From an uncultured cyanobacterium (GTDB taxonomy: Bacteria; Cyanobacteriota; Cyanobacteriia; PCC-9006; JAAUQQ01), in the NCBI GenBank assembly GCA_963718615.1, contig OY970368.1, positions 512,001-576,000 on the forward strand: DNA of 64,000 nucleotides. Direction: 5' to 3'. Position 1 is the stretch's first letter. Each line of letters starts with the position of its first letter. Under the pieces are notes generated by a model, which was not told where the DNA came from, did not search any database, and worked only from the letters and a program-made list of their open reading frames with translations. The position numbers and the translations under genes are program-made. Shown piece by piece: positions 62,084 through 64,000 of this stretch.

Positions 62084-63379
62084 ATGCGAGTTGTCATTTT
62101 AACGGTTGGCTCAAGGGGTGACATTCAACCCTGTCTCGCCCTAGGATTGGGGCTCAAAGCTGCCGGTCATCAGGTTTGCATTGCGACCGAGCGAATTTAC
62201 CAGGAGTGGCTGACCCAAGAAGGATTGGAGTATGCCTACCTCCCAGGGGATACTAAAAAGCGTCTGGCGGATGAACCTTGGTTTAAATTACTAGAAGAAA
62301 CGCGCGATCGCCCCATTCTATCGGCCTATCGTGCCTATCGTGAGTTTCTCTTACCAACACTACGGGAGCTGCTCGATGCCGCCTGGGACGCCTGCCAAGG
62401 GGCAGACGCAATTATTGGCCTACCCACGGTCTATGCCGGTAGCCACATTGCCGAGAAGCTAGGAATTCCCTTCTTTGGCACTTGGACCTGCCCCTTCACC
62501 CCTACCCGATATTTTCCCCATTCCTGGTCCCGTCTCGCCCAGCAACAGTGGCTAGGTGGAACACTCAATCGGTTTACCTATTGGGTTCCTCAGTTTCTCG
62601 ATCAGAAAATGTTGATGGGGACCATTAACCAATGGCGCAAAGAGACCTTGAATCTGCCTAAAATGGGTGAAAATGGCGTCAATACCAGTTCCTTCCCGAC
62701 GCTTTATGGATTTAGTCCCAGCGTCGTCTCCCCGCCTCCAGACTGGGATAACAATGTTCATGTAACGGGCTACTGGCTGCTCAATCGCATCAGCTCGGTG
62801 CAGCCCCCCGAAGACTTAGTTAACTTTATTGCGGCAGGCTCCCCACCGGTTTACATCGGTTTTGGGAGTATTGGCGATCGCCATGCCACACACACCATTC
62901 AAACCGCAATTGATGCGGTGATCAAAAGCGGTCAACGGGCCGTTCTAGAAACAGGATGGGCACAGTTAAATCAACTCAATTTACCCCCACAGGTTTTTAA
63001 GTTAGATTCTGGCAGAGTTCCTCATGCTTGGCTCTTTCCCCGCATGGCAGCGTTAGTCCACCATGGCGGCGCAGGTACCACCGGTCAGGGGTTGCGCAAC
63101 GGCAAGCCAACGGTCGTTATTTATCAAAAATTTACGGATTACTGTTTCTGGGGACAACGCATTGCCGCATTGGGTGTTGGTCCTGAACCGATTTATATTG
63201 GTGATGTCACCGTCAATTCCCTCGCCCAGGCCATTGAAACCATGGTAACGGACGCCAACATGCAGAAGCGCGCAGCTCTACTAGGTGGACAAATTCGAGA
63301 CGAAGATGGTGTTGCTCGGGCGATCGAGCTCTTTCATCAGCATGCTAATCACCCAAAAGCCACCTATACCTATGCCTAA
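62084..63379 (+). CDS. GT1 glycosyltransferase (sterol glucosyltransferase / GT28_N-like)
   Basis: GSRGDIQP, VYIGFGS, PHAWLF, HHGGAGTT. Confidence 0.9.
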   Translation: MRVVILTVGSRGDIQPCLALGLGLKAAGHQVCIATERIYQEWLTQEGLEYAYLPGDTKKRLADEPWFKLLEETRDRPILSAYRAYREFLLPTLRELLDAAWDACQGADAIIGLPTVYAGSHIAEKLGIPFFGTWTCPFTPTRYFPHSWSRLAQQQWLGGTLNRFTYWVPQFLDQKMLMGTINQWRKETLNLPKMGENGVNTSSFPTLYGFSPSVVSPPPDWDNNVHVTGYWLLNRISSVQPPEDLVNFIAAGSPPVYIGFGSIGDRHATHTIQTAIDAVIKSGQRAVLETGWAQLNQLNLPPQVFKLDSGRVPHAWLFPRMAALVHHGGAGTTGQGLRNGKPTVVIYQKFTDYCFWGQRIAALGVGPEPIYIGDVTVNSLAQAIETMVTDANMQKRAALLGGQIRDEDGVARAIELFHQHANHPKATYTYA

Positions 63380-63478
63380 GCGTAAAGATTGCATGAATGA
63401 CCTGAGTGAATGACGTTGCTACAGACCTTCACGACATAACATAATTTCGTTGCACCTAGGCCATTTTTTGGAAACTCC

Positions 63479-64000
63479 ATGAGTCACTTCGACACCATAT
63501 CAAAAAAGGCATTGTTCGTCGTTGCTCATCAAGATGACGAAGTTTTTATTGTGTCTAGGATCAACAAACATTTAAGCGAGGGCGATCGAATCTTTGTTAT
63601 CTGGACTGCAGCATCCTATCAAAAAGGAGAAACCTTTAAAAATACGAGAATCCAAGAGTCAAAGACTCTGATGAAAAAGCTCGCAATTCCCGAAGATCAA
63701 TTTGATTTCCTCATGTATCCCGATGGTTCAACCCATCTCCACATTCCCAATCTCATTGCAGACTTAAAGCAAAGAATTCAGTTCATTCAACCCGATACGG
63801 TTTATATTCCAGCCTATGAGGGAGGGCACATTGACCATGACACAGCGCATTACTGCGTGGTTCAAGCCATCCGTCAGCTCAATTCCAGTATAGAAATCTA
63901 CGAATTTCCAGAATACAGCGGCTATGGAACTCCACTGGGCCTACTGCCGCTTCGAATGCGCCGCTACCCCGAGACACTAAAGACCCAATGTAGAACGCTC
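63479..64000 (+). CDS. PIG-L/LmbE-family deacetylase, N-terminal part (runs off window)
   Basis: Manual translation MSHFDTISKKALFVVAHQDDE...RIQES...YPDG...YEGGHIDHD shows the HxDD and HxDH metal motifs. Confidence 0.85.
   Translation, partial: MSHFDTISKKALFVVAHQDDEVFIVSRINKHLSEGDRIFVIWTAASYQKGETFKNTRIQESKTLMKKLAIPEDQFDFLMYPDGSTHLHIPNLIADLKQRIQFIQPDTVYIPAYEGGHIDHDTAHYCVVQAIRQLNSSIEIYEFPEYSGYGTPLGLLPLRMRRYPETLKTQCRTL

Larger units (their letters stand above)
1..64000. repeat. HIP1 highly iterated palindrome (GCGATCGC), dispersed
   Basis: Octamer recurs throughout (e.g. 11-18, and near 8770, 30295, 52027, 56887); hallmark of many cyanobacterial genomes. Confidence 0.95.

Overview
Cyanobacterial chromosome segment: the HIP1 octamer GCGATCGC is dense throughout, and the window carries gap2, phycobilin lyases, cyanobacterial gshA and the panC/cmk fusion. 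Positions 1-49 kb hold mostly core and conserved genes (murC partial, gap2, thiL, efp-accB, murF, recJ, larB/cpmA, ispF, murG, lepB, cpcF, panC/cmk, rlpA, purM, tRNA-Cys, recQ, PrxQ, gshA, GST/LysR), with a few AT-richer inserts and many 13-15 nt tandem micro-duplications at gene ends. From about 49 kb to the window end lies an AT-richer, divergently arranged biosynthetic locus. Its leftward arm encodes APS kinase, an extended SDR, an acyltransferase, a HAD phosphatase, an alkyl-dihydroxyacetonephosphate synthase (AGPS)-like flavoenzyme, a hydrolase and a Baeyer-Villiger monooxygenase. Its rightward arm encodes a CDP-glucose synthase, an SDR, two NDP-sugar C-methyltransferases, a lipid-type glycosyltransferase and a PIG-L deacetylase. 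The best candidate for an undescribed system is that this locus makes a glycosylated, possibly sulfated, alkyl-glycerol ether lipid. A second candidate is a wHTH-HATPase-STAS-like gene preceded by phased operator-like repeats. All calls come from reading motifs by eye; no database searches were run.
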